A DNA stretch of 55,059 bases, from the NCBI GenBank assembly GCA_026025075.1, contig JAPEUI010000026.1, forward strand, positions 124,001 through 179,059. The letters run 5' to 3'. The notes below the pieces were generated by a model. That model was not told the DNA's origin, made no database searches, and saw only the letters and a program-made list of their open reading frames with translations. The stretch is from Vezdaea acicularis. Lineage: Eukaryota. A program made the translations under genes and the position numbers. Positions 34,971 through 46,200 of the stretch are shown here, in pieces; position 1 is the first letter of the stretch; every line of letters starts with the position of its first letter.

Positions 34971-36618
34971 CTTGAGATTGTGTGTACAGAAATGAACTCT
35001 CCAATATTCAGATAAGTGTGCGGAGCATCAAACGATGCTATAATGGGAGGAGCGTTGGGACAGTGAGGGTGATGATGGTTCAACGTCAAAGTGTGTGAGG
35101 TGGACTGAGTTACTTAGCATCGCGGAAAAGGGTTTAGTCTCTTGCTGTATCAACGCCTTAGCACAGCCATCTCGGCTAGCTTATCTTGGGGAACCGGTAG
35201 GGACCAGCAACGCAGTCATCAAAATGTGTGCTTTACATTTTCAGTCGTAGTAAGCCTTCCGATTTATTTTGGTCTTTCTATAGAAGATATCTCTGCGACG
35301 GGCCTGATTTGGGTAGTTGACATCGCCGCCTTTCTTTCCGTGCGAGTCACTCTCCGCCACTCCAGGCCTTACGCTGTTCACCCGCTGCTCAGATTCTTTA
35401 GCTTTCGTCCTCCAACAAAGGGACATGAGAGATGTGAAAGCAATCATAACGACAGGATGGGCCAATAGGGTGGAATTGTTCTTGGCTCGGGCTGTTCAAC
35501 ACTACGATATCAGGGACTTGACTGTCATTCCCCGCATGAGGGGCTACTCTTTCACGCCATACGAACAGCTTATTATCAGAGGTAACGAGACTTTGATAAC
35601 AGGAAATGGTCTAGTAGACAGAGCCATGGATAGCTAGTCCTGGACTATCGTTCACCATTTCAATCACATTCTATCCATCATCCAGATTTAGAAGTGATGT
35701 TAGTACTGTGGGGGGCAGAAGTCTGAGTACACTCTGGCCTTGCTTCATGCGCCAAAGTATGTTCAGACTTCTTGTGCGCTTCCTTCCGCGCCCCACTGGG
35801 AGCCTCTTGACCTTGAGATGGGCTAAGTGTTACCCGGCGGACTCATAGGCCGGGTCGGATTGTGGGACGGTCTGGATCAGGCTTCCTTATGTCCGAGTAT
35901 TGAGGTCCAAAAGCCGGCTCTGACAATAACTAGAGACAGAGAAAAAAGTCTTGTGTGGAAGTATATTAGTATCGAAAGATTTTGTTCCTTGCTCGTAGGT
36001 CAGCACTGATCACGACACTAGCTGCACACTTATTAAAAAGCGTACTGTAATGGTAGACAAAACCGATGGAGTATAAGCCATAAGCGGGCAATTTTACCTA
36101 TGGGCTTACATTACTTTCAGCCGGTCCAGGATCACCAGCAATCTCATGCCTTCTTGGTATGATTTTGGGAGATTAGGGTTTTGCTATCTTTGGAGAATCA
36201 TGCTCTGGGATATTGGCTCCGAGCTTGGGACATTTGTAAATGTTCGCTTGTGCGTCGTCGATTTCGTCCACAACCTCGAAGGCTCACCAGGGTTTCGGTT
36301 AAAGCGGCGAGCCTGTCCTCACCATGGACTGATGGCGTGGGCGTTGAAAGCATGGAGTTTCGGATCTGTTTTTAACAACCCACCAGATCCAGCAACGCAA
36401 TCTGCAATTGTGTCAATTTGGCCTGCTTGCCATTGTTGTTGCTAATGAAGTACACCTCATCCTCCATCTTGCTCTTGCTCGACCACAGTAGAGTCTTATT
36501 CCTCATGGCACCTTTTACGATCTTCACTTGAGAAAGCCATCGATCAATCAAACTTCAACCTTTCATAAATCCCACATATAGTATCTATCGGCCATTCAAT
36601 TAGTAGCAGATCGTCGAA

Positions 36619-38835
36619 ATGCCAACGCTGTCGCCGCGGCGGTCATCCCGCGCGCGCACCACCCAACCTCCTAACAGCTCTCAGCAAGCTCATTCCACGA
36701 CCTCCTCAAACTCTTCTAGTCGCAATGAGAGAAGCACACGCTCTCATCATAAGAACCAGTCTCCCCCGAAGTCAATAACCCCGAGGTCCCGCTCGTCAGA
36801 AGAGCCCGAAGAAACAGCCAGAAATGTCCAAAGTGAGCCACCTCAGACACGACGGCGAAAGCGCGATCCCGATGAAGACGAAGAAGAGGCAGATACCGAT
36901 ATCACTCTTCGCGGTGACCGAAAGCCTGAAGATGGTGATGATGAGGAAGACGAAGAGGAAGAAGTGACACGGTGCATATGCGGGCAGCAAGAGTACCCTG
37001 GGCGTCCCATTCCTCAAGGCGAACCACCTCGGAGCAACGATGTCAATCTAACTACAAAACCCAGCGGCGAAGATGCTTCCTCAATTGTCACTGCTGATGC
37101 CACTCCTGAGGATGGTGGAGGTCTCTTCATCCAATGCGATATTTGTCAAGTATGGCAGCATGGGGGCTGCGTCGGCATAATGGACGAAAGCATGAGCCCA
37201 GAAAACTACTATTGCGAATTGTGCCGTAAGGACTTGCATAGAGTCAGCATTGATTCTAATGGGTATGTCACACCTAATCACTCGAGCATATCGAAGCCTT
37301 TTGTAGCCCCTCACCTAAACCTGTCGCAACGATTTGCTCTTTATCAACCAAGAGAACATCGAAATAGAAATATTTCTCTTGAGCGTGTTGCACCCCTATC
37401 TCTTCCAGGACGATCACAAATCGTTCTGAAAGTCCGTCGAGCGAGTGCTGACGTTCTCCATTGTAATCAGGCAAAAGTATTCTCGCTACCTTCCAGTCTT
37501 TGACCGCTCAACCAAAACGTCTCGCGCCTCGTCACACTCCAAAGATTTCGACTCGGTGTTGCCCCTAAAGGATCGCTCTTCACGGCTCTCTGCGTTGTCA
37601 ATGACAACGAAGCGGCGATCCACGATGAATAGCCGCGACGCTGCATATGATGAAGAAGAGCAATTACGAAAAGCCTTAGAAGAAAGTAAGGCGGATGGTA
37701 GTATAAATGGAGCAGTGGATAATGGGAGCAGAAAAGGCAAACGTGGAAGAGGCGATAGCGAAGAGTAAGCTCAGATCTCATCCTCGAGTCAGTGCGAATC
37801 TATATGTTGATCATTACTCACCGTAGGCCTGGAGCTGAATCACACAAACGCCAAAGGACAGACTCGGAGTCTCCATCATTGATCTCGTATTCAACCGTGA
37901 TTGCGCAGTCTCACCACCTGGACTCAGAAGACGAAGCTTCTGGGATTCGAGTCAATGGTGGGGCAAAGAGAATACGCAGCACCGCTACTCGAAGCCAACG
38001 GGATAAGGAGCTTCGCGACCGTGAGCGGGAGAAGGAACGGGAACGCGCGGATGCTGCGGGCAGAAGGAAAGGTAGGGCGGAAAGGAGGCATGGAGATGGT
38101 GAGTATCCTTGGTCCTAGCTCCAAAGGCCTAAATCTAAAAGCCGTGAAGATTCAGATCCATCAGATGACTTTCCTTTATCTCAAAACGCAGCCAAAGAAG
38201 GCGCAGACACATTCTCGCAGCCACTTGAAGGACATGCTACGTCTCAGATAGTTCCTGATACACCACCGAATGGCGTACAAACAGGCTTGTCCTATTCAAA
38301 TCGCAAGATGGGACGACCACCGGCCAGCCGCCGTGGACGCATCGGCCGGAATCAATACACTCGAGATCGAGACCTTCAAATTGATCATGGCGAGAGAGAT
38401 GCGTCCCCTCGGCACAGTCTATCTAGAGACGGTGTTGACGACAGTAGTGGCGCAAATGGGACGTCAGCACATCGTAATCTAAATGGCGACTCTGGAAAAC
38501 CAAGTAGGCCGCGGCCTATGAATCCTCATCGAACGAGCATGAACGACATGAAAAGAAGAGTCGGAGCAATCCTTGAATTTATTTCGAGGACTCAGGTTGA
38601 GATGGCTGGGGAGTCCACTCCACCATCTGGTGGAAGCAGTCTGTTGGCTGCTGAGATGATACGCAGTCTTTCTGGACAAGTACCCTCCATCATGGTTAAC
38701 GGTAACGAAGGGAGCGGGAAAAGTGATAAGAGCAGCAGCGAGGGCGATGGGGATTTCGCAGAGCTGACGAGTTTGGAGATGATGGATGTACTGACAAGAA
38801 AGCTAGTCCTGTGGCAAGAGGAATACGGAAAGTAA
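36619..38835 (+). CDS. CTI6: PHD-finger protein, Cti6-like (Rpd3L histone deacetylase complex); exons 36619-37262, 37471-37764, 37827-38098, 38150-38835
   Basis: Split PHD finger VTRCICG...FIQCDICQVWQHGGCVGI...YYCELC, then RRSTMNSRDAAYDEEEQLRKALEES, GRNQYTRD, MKRRVGAILEFISRTQVEMA and MMDVLTRKLVLWQEEY. The last acceptor could be 38149 or 38155, both in frame. Confidence 0.88.
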
Positions 38836-39272
38836 AAGGGCAGGGCGGGGAGCTATATTCATCACACGGCTTTAGCAACCTCTCATTTTTTAATTGGTGC
38901 TGACGCCGTTGCAGAGTTTATACCAGAGCGAGGCATTTTGGGTTAACTAGGATGATACCTTACAGTTTCAAGAAATACAAGTCAAATCTGCGTAGACTTA
39001 TGTTCAGATTTCTTACAAGCTATTGTCCAAGATCCCTGCCATCTAGATGGTATTCACTGTTCTAGTCCATTTGCTAGTGCCTTCTCCCACTAATTCAATC
39101 AGAATTGAAGGTTCGTTTAGTCGCTAACAAATTTCCCATCACCTCTTCACAGTATTATAATGAGAATAAGCAACGTCTTTCATGTTAATAACACCATACT
39201 TAAAGATGGCCCTCTACCTGTGTCTTAAAGATTCAAGTTCTGGCGTTACATCAGCTCGAAAACTATCCAATT

Positions 39273-39824
39273 CTAACCTATGAAGCTATCCATAGGCGTT
39301 GATATCAAGGTTTCAGGAAAGAAGGGAAGCGAACCCTCCCAGATCCAGTCTTGGCCGTTAGGTGATTTGCGCGGCAATCTAAACCTTCCTGGGACACGCA
39401 TGCCCTTCTCACGGACCCGCCTTGATCTCGTCGTAACTGGACACCTGCAGGCAACATTGCAAAAGTCGGTTACAAAAATATTCGTTGATAATTTCCACCT
39501 GTCATGACCAGCACAGTCCAGCTTTGCTTTACCGACGGTTTGATCAGCGTATTCAAACTCCTCCTTGCAATGACATCGCATGACGTTACGGCAAAGTCTA
39601 TGGGCTGATGTTTTAGAGTTCCAAAGCGGAATATATGTGTATGGCCAATCGGGGTCTCGAATAGGGAGAATCGAAGGACCTGTTAGACTTGTGCAAACGG
39701 GTTGAACCAACTTGCCCTTGCCAATGCCCAGATGAGAGGATGGGGTTTTGCCGCCTTCAGTGAGCACTTTAGCTGCCAAAGAAAGCAAAACGAGGACAAC
39801 GAAAGGTCGGCTTAACTGCCACAT
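39273..39824 (-). CDS. Putative small secreted cysteine-rich protein (183 aa, 8 Cys)
   Basis: ATG 39824 starts signal-peptide-like MWQLSRPFVVLVLLSLAAKVLT. The 8-Cys block has the same spacing pattern as the 31679-32467 protein. Confidence 0.7.
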   Translation of the reverse strand: MWQLSRPFVVLVLLSLAAKVLTEGGKTPSSHLGIGKGKLVQPVCTSLTGPSILPIRDPDWPYTYIPLWNSKTSAHRLCRNVMRCHCKEEFEYADQTVGKAKLDCAGHDRWKLSTNIFVTDFCNVACRCPVTTRSRRVREKGMRVPGRFRLPRKSPNGQDWIWEGSLPFFPETLISTPMDSFIG

Positions 39825-40759
39825 TCTAAGGAAGGCAGAGTTGCATATTTGGGGCTCAATTAGCACCCTACTAGGAACGTAAGGGGTCAGATACTTTTAT
39901 ACCCGAGTTGTCGCTAACGATGGAGGACGCCGCGTGGTCCATGCGCAGGATTTCCTGGTCCTCCGGCTTGATAAGGTGATGCGCATAATCATGTTTTGAG
40001 ACCCGAACCACTCTTTTGATTCAGCGCCCAGTGCGAACAACAACTCCGCAGAACCTTTGGCCAAATATCGGGTCTGCAATCCTACACCTAAGTGGAATTC
40101 ACTCATCGAAGCCTAAACCTTACATACAGAATCTTTGCAGGATCGGCTAGGATTGGCCGCCTGATGCTCAGATCACTACGAAATCAACAGGAGCCGCCTC
40201 ACTAGCTCCGAATACGACGTTGAGATGCAACTCCCGTGTCCCACACCTTACCCATATCTTACCAAGCGATATGTGACTGGTGACAAATAGAGCTTTAATG
40301 AAAGCCGATAGCCGTGCTGTTTCAACCAGCTCATACGACCTTTATCGCTAAAATAAGAAGACCCGATCTACTGTCAGCCGGCAAATTGGTCCGCATCTTA
40401 TAAGGTCTTATTCCTATTTGATTTCTCGGCGGAAAAGAGCTGTGGCCCTCATGGGGATATATGCGCATACGAAATGTATCATAGTTCAACGCAATAGAAG
40501 TCGATAAGATTGTTATCTTGGTTATCGCCGCACGGAAGAACTAAGATTAGGACCCTGAGAGGCGCTGAGCTAGTATCCTAGCCGATGTCATCTTTTCATG
40601 GTCTTGAGAAGAATTTGTCCCCATGCTTCTCGTCTCGTATCTCTCCTTGAGTTTACATTCATGATCACAAATTTGAAAAATGGCTCTCTCTGAATCAGCA
40701 GTGACTACAATTTTAGCTTTTCTATGAATGGTTCTACTCCTTCTTTCCTCTAGCGTTCT

Positions 40760-40783
40760 GTTCCAAATCTCGAGATTTGGAAC
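40760..40783. repeat. Perfect 24-bp palindrome GTTCCAAATCTC|GAGATTTGGAAC
   Basis: Arms are exact reverse complements with no spacer. Confidence 0.95.
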
Positions 40784-41590
40784 GTTGAATAAACCCAGGC
40801 CTACGACCTAGCTTTAAGACGAACGACACTGTTCGAACGAGCGACTGTTTAAGAGATGGACGCCGACGTTCAGGTGCTGCAGTTTGTATATACAAGACAA
40901 CCTCGGATACTTGTGGGCCTATAAATTCAAACTATCCGCACTGTCCTCAGGTATAAATTTCCATGGCCCTAGAGTCATCAAAACTAGGAACTAGAAAGAA
41001 ACAATTGAAGTTGCCGAGCCCTTATCTTAGCGAAGCCTGTAGTCATTCGAACAAGTATTGGGGGGTCTTTGATAGGTCAATATTTTTAGACAACCCTGGA
41101 CATTCCTACACAAGAGATTTTGATGTCTTTGAACGGGTCTCTTGGGCCTCTTTCTCAAATATGTACTATGAACCAATAGTCAGTTATATCCCCGCCTCTA
41201 GCCCCAGTCTAGAAGATTTTGAGCTGCACGTAGGCGCTTAACAATCTTATGGCAATTTTCCCATCTTTGCTTGATCCATCTGAGGTGTTCAAGTTGAAAC
41301 ATTTTTTTGTCCCAGATTCTCGGGTGTAATAGATTGTACAAACTGTCAGTATCTGGCTGTATACACTGCCTTGCTTTTAGTTCAAGCGCCGAACTAGGTG
41401 CTTCGTCTGAACCTCTCTTATCCTTGTTGATTTCTTCCTTATTTCCTTTCCTTATTTCCTCGTCGTTGTCTTCGTCCTCCCGCCCTTCATTTGCCTCTCA
41501 TGTTCCCACGTTCTCGTTGCTACCTTTGTTTTCATCGGTCTCTGCAACATACTTATTGTTGACTTGGTGCTCTCCATCTCTATATCTCTC

Positions 41591-42535
41591 TCACTCTTCC
41601 GCATCCTCGTTTCTACCCTCGCCATTGCCACTTTCTGCCACACTCTCATTGTTGGCGTTGTCATTATGAGCCAGGGCTTCATCGAACCAGTCGTTGTCGT
41701 TGCGTAGCAGAGGCCTCGAATTGTTTCTCGCCAAAAAGTCTTCTGGGGGGACCAGTCTATCAGACCATCTGATGAACTGCCCCTGCGTGCTCAACGGCAT
41801 TAGCTCTTGCCCATTGGAAGCAACACCGCCACATTCCTCAACAGAGTCCTCATTTCCGCGGGACGGAAACACAAGACGGCGATGTTTGAACGCTTCAAGA
41901 GAGTTCAAATCACTGAGCCATTGTTCTCGCAGCAGCCTTGCCTCCGGCTCCGGCCTCTGGTCTCCTCCCTCTACTTTCCTCTCACTTTCGGCTTTTTCAA
42001 GCGCAGCGGTCTTGTCCGCCTGCATCTTGAGGTAGACTGCAGCATTTTCAAGGAGCGTAGTAGCGTTCCTGTGGCCGTTTTCGACATCAAGAATGTTTCG
42101 ATCTGCTTTCACTAGCATGTCGAACCACCCTGTTCGAGAGAGGGGGTTTGAAAAAAGCGGATTGTCCAGTTCCGTAGTTGTCGAGAAATAGTGCTCTCCG
42201 CATTCAAGGTACCTCATGCAGAGGCTTTCAGCTTGACCCCACAACTCGGTCCAAAGCCTTCGGTCTTCGGTGGACAATTTATCAAGCGCGTCGGAGGTGA
42301 TAGGCTTGGAGACACCGTTGCTAACGCATGCCTGGCAATTATAGTTGTGGAACTCGTATCCTGTTACCAAGACCCCTTCACTGCTTTGGTTCATTCGGCC
42401 CGGCTGGAAACTTGGCGGATCTTCTAGGCAAGCATAGCCCATGAGAGCCAGTGGGCGCAATCGCATGCCACATTCTTGATCGATTCTGTGGTAGTTGTGT
42501 ATGCAGAGGAAGGTATGGAGTTTGTATTGGCACAT
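41591..42535 (-). CDS. Lineage-specific hypothetical protein (314 aa) with N-terminal MC-x8-C-x-H...C...CxxC putative metal-binding motif and acidic tail
   Basis: Long ATG-initiated ORF (context AAAATG) in a moderate-GC region, with a Cys/His pattern at the N-terminus. Confidence 0.7.
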   Translation of the reverse strand: MCQYKLHTFLCIHNYHRIDQECGMRLRPLALMGYACLEDPPSFQPGRMNQSSEGVLVTGYEFHNYNCQACVSNGVSKPITSDALDKLSTEDRRLWTELWGQAESLCMRYLECGEHYFSTTTELDNPLFSNPLSRTGWFDMLVKADRNILDVENGHRNATTLLENAAVYLKMQADKTAALEKAESERKVEGGDQRPEPEARLLREQWLSDLNSLEAFKHRRLVFPSRGNEDSVEECGGVASNGQELMPLSTQGQFIRWSDRLVPPEDFLARNNSRPLLRNDNDWFDEALAHNDNANNESVAESGNGEGRNEDAEE

Positions 42536-43288
42536 TTTGAAGAGGCGGTTAGAATTGTGTATGGGACCCAGGGGTTTGTGCAGCTATGAGAGGAGGTTGA
42601 CTGTTGTGATTGTCTACTGTAAGAGGCTCTATGGTGTGAAAAGAGGGAAGCAGTGTTAAAGTGAAAAAGATCTTCTCTTATGGACGTAATGCGCAAGTGT
42701 TCAGTCTCACAACGGGTGTATTGTACGGCTAAACAACGCCATTGTTTGACGTTTTAAGCACCAAGCACTGAAAGTCGAACACTCCACTAAACTATTTAGG
42801 GACAGACCCAAAGCACTGAACAAACCACCTTGTTCCAGCAATCCGTGTGTATTTTAATTCCTGAAAGTCCAAGTTTGGTCGCGTAGTCCGCGTCTGTTCA
42901 AGCTTTTCTCAGAATCCCAAGGAACATGCTTTGGTTGATCTCTGATATAGCCTGAGCTTTATACAGCTTTGTAGAGGACCTAGTGGTGGAAGATACAGGG
43001 AATCACATCGAAGTAACTGCGACTTCCGTCGCCTTGCAAAGCAAAGGTCCCAATGTAGGTCCACATGACCCCTATCACCAGTATAGCCATATGGAGACAC
43101 TCCTTTTACCGCATATTTACGTCACTTCAGTCAATGCGCTAACTTCAAGAATGTCGAACATGGAAAGATGCTTTAGATATAAACCTCGAACCGTAATGCA
43201 TTGAAATCGACATAACCTCAAAATGCTCCAACGTAATCCATTATGCACAATACCCCGCGGTGTCATTCTCGATACTCCATGCGTGCCC

Positions 43289-46200
43289 TTACAAAAAGCC
43301 TTTCGAGTTGCTGACCCTCCTGCCCAGTGCACTCCCAGCTCGGCTCATAGACAAGCCTTCCTCCCCACCTTCACTCACAGACCCAAGTGTTCTTCTATCC
43401 ACTCTCAGGGCCTTCCATCCTTCCAACTCCCTCTCCAATCTCAGCGCCTTTTCCCTTTCGACTCGAAGCTCGCGCTCTGCGCGTTTGGCACTAAGCTGGT
43501 TGCTCGAATCACTGCTCTGTAGCTCGTCGATGGTGCCCAAAAGTCTCTCGACTTTGTCACGCGCTTTGTTGATCTCCTCCTCAAGGAGTTTATTTGCTTT
43601 CTCCCGGCGCTCAATCTGTCCCTGAAGATCACGCACCGTACGATCTACATCACGTACGCTACGTTGTGACTTCTTAGCTGAAGACTCTTGGTGCTCGATC
43701 TGCTTCTCCAGCTCTTGAATGCGTCCGGTAAGGAAACGCACATCACCCGAGGCGGCAGAGGTGTAACCTTTCGTCTCAAAATCGACTACCTTGAGCTGCA
43801 GCTCCTTGACGCTCTTCTCAAGCGATGCTTTTTCTTTGTGCAGGATGCTGTTCTCTTCCCGCTTGGCCGCAATATCTTTCTGCATCTCCTGAGCAAGTGC
43901 TTCCGCCCGTCGCATCTTGCCTACAGCGGCAGTGGCCACGTCCTCTTTCTGCGCAAGTGTGCTACGCAATTCAAGGAGTTCACGGTCCATACCAGCGGCG
44001 TTGCGTACGGTAGGACTATCGCTACGGGCAAGCTCTTCGAGTCGTGAATTCGCCTCACTCAGGCGCGCCTCTAGGTTACGCTTGTCGATTTGGAGAACGT
44101 CGCGCTCCGCGATGGTGTCATCTATGGACGTTCGTAGATTTCGCACTTGACTGAGAAGAGATACAATCTTTGTCTGAGCATCGTTATGTGCAGAAACAGC
44201 CTCGTCTCGAGAGGTAGAGAGGTCTTGAAGCGTCATCTCAAGGCGAGACTTCTCTTTAGCCCAGGTAGAGCTATTGAGAACTTCATCGTCCCATTTAGCT
44301 CGGAGATCCTCGAGTTCTTCACGGAGTCGGCTGGAAAGTATCTTAGTAAACCTAGACTAGGAAGGGTGCTATGAAAAATCTCACCTATTTTCTGTGCGGA
44401 CATAAATAACATTTTCGCGCTCGGCATCCAACTCGTGGGTTAGTGTCGAGAACTCTGCATGGTATTTCTTCCTCGTTTGCTCCATGGTTGTCTCTTTGTC
44501 TTCAATATCCATCGCTCGCTGGCTGCGGTAGTCTTCCAATTCATGCTGCAGGCGTTTTCTGGCCTGAAGAGCGCCATCGAGGTCCGCGGATATGTCTTCA
44601 ATCTTCTCTTCGTAGTGCTGACTTTGCCGTTGCAGATCTTCAACCATGGCATCCATCTGCTTCCGTTCAGCCATGATACTTGCGCACGTGTCTTCAGCTT
44701 CTTGTGCCTGCGCCTTCGCAAACTGCTCCGCACGTGAAGCTTTCAACACTGCAATCTCGGCTTGCTCAAGCTTACTGAAGTACTCGTCTGCTCTACCCTT
44801 ATAGAGATTTAGACTTGATGTCACGTCTGCTAGCTGGGAAGTCTCGGCGTCAAGTCGAATCTGCAGATCGGAAAATTCTTGAAGCAACTGGTTCCTGCTT
44901 GACCCATCTTGATCCCTAGCTATTAACAGCTCTTCGAGTTCTGACCTAACATCTCGGAGCTCCGTCTCTAGAGATACCCGAGCTTGTTTGAGCTCATCGA
45001 AATGGGTCTTGGCATCGCTCAATTCTGCTACAGTGCTATTGTGAACGTTCAAAAGAGACTTGCGAGCAGACTCTTGCGAATTGATAAGGTCAAAGAGCTC
45101 CTCGTGGGACTTCGTCTGTACATCGCGGAGGGAAAGCTCTCCAGAGCGAATGCTCTTCTCAAGCGTTGAGACTTTTTTAGCTGAATCGTCAAGTAACTCA
45201 TGAAGGCGCCCATTCTCTCGCTCTAATTTTTGAAATCGACGCAATGAGGGACTTTCATCCTGCCATGAGTCTCGCATAGGACTGGATCGACCAAGTTGGT
45301 TCTGTAGATGTCGATTTTGTATCTCTGTCATTTGAAGCTGATTCTGGACCATCTCAAGCTCGGCAGCAAGATCCATACGCTTCTGATAGCTGACGGTGTC
45401 TACTGTCCTATCCGAACGGCCAGAATCATGTGTGGCATTCGTAGCATTGCTCATATGGCGCCTGTGAGGAGAGGGGGTATTTACGAATGTTTTCGAATCA
45501 CGAAATTGCTTTGGCGACCTCCTTGAAGCGACCCCGTTCTGATCGATCTCTTCAAGAAGGGCCCGTTTGGAAGACATGTGCCTCTCGTCACTTTCCAGCA
45601 TCTCATCCTGGTGTCGTCTTCTTAGGTCGTCGAGCTGATTTTCGGCGCGCACACACCGCTCAGTCGTTACGCGTAACGATTGCTGTGATGTCTCAAGCTT
45701 CTGGGCGAGATCAATAGTCTTGCCCAGGTTGCGCTTCCCAGATTCCCAGGACGTTGGTGTCCCAATGTCTGGGTTGAAAACCTTCTGTAGCAGCATGAGC
45801 TGGTTACGGCATTCATTTGTTTCCTTATTGGCTTGGTCGAGGGCGGACTGAAGCTTTCGAGTATTTGCTTGTGCTTGGGACTTGAGCTGCCTTTCGGTCT
45901 CTAAATTTCGATTGAGCTCAGCAAGCTGAATGGTGAAGGTTGTTGATGCCTTTTCAGCGTTGCGGTTAGATTTGTGCTCCCGAGCAACTTCGTGAGTGAG
46001 GTCCTCGAGACTCAGTGATAGTTTTTCCTTCTGCTTTTCGAGCGAAGTAGCAGACAATTGGGCGTCCTCAAGTTGTCGACGTAATTTTTTGTTCTCCTCT
46101 TCGAGCTTGTTCTTGTCCGCTTGAAGTGTGATGATTCGAGACTTTTGAGTCTCCCCTGCTCGCGAGTTAGATCTGGCGATGTCGAGATTCTTTTGCTGGA

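Noticed and set aside
34169..35089. 306-aa alternative-frame ORF overlapping the conserved hypothetical gene
   Set aside because: TTG start with no motif; best explained as a shadow frame of the real CDS.
40963..41241. 92-aa ORF after two TATAAA boxes
   Set aside because: Short, with no recognisable motif; cannot be supported as a gene from sequence alone.
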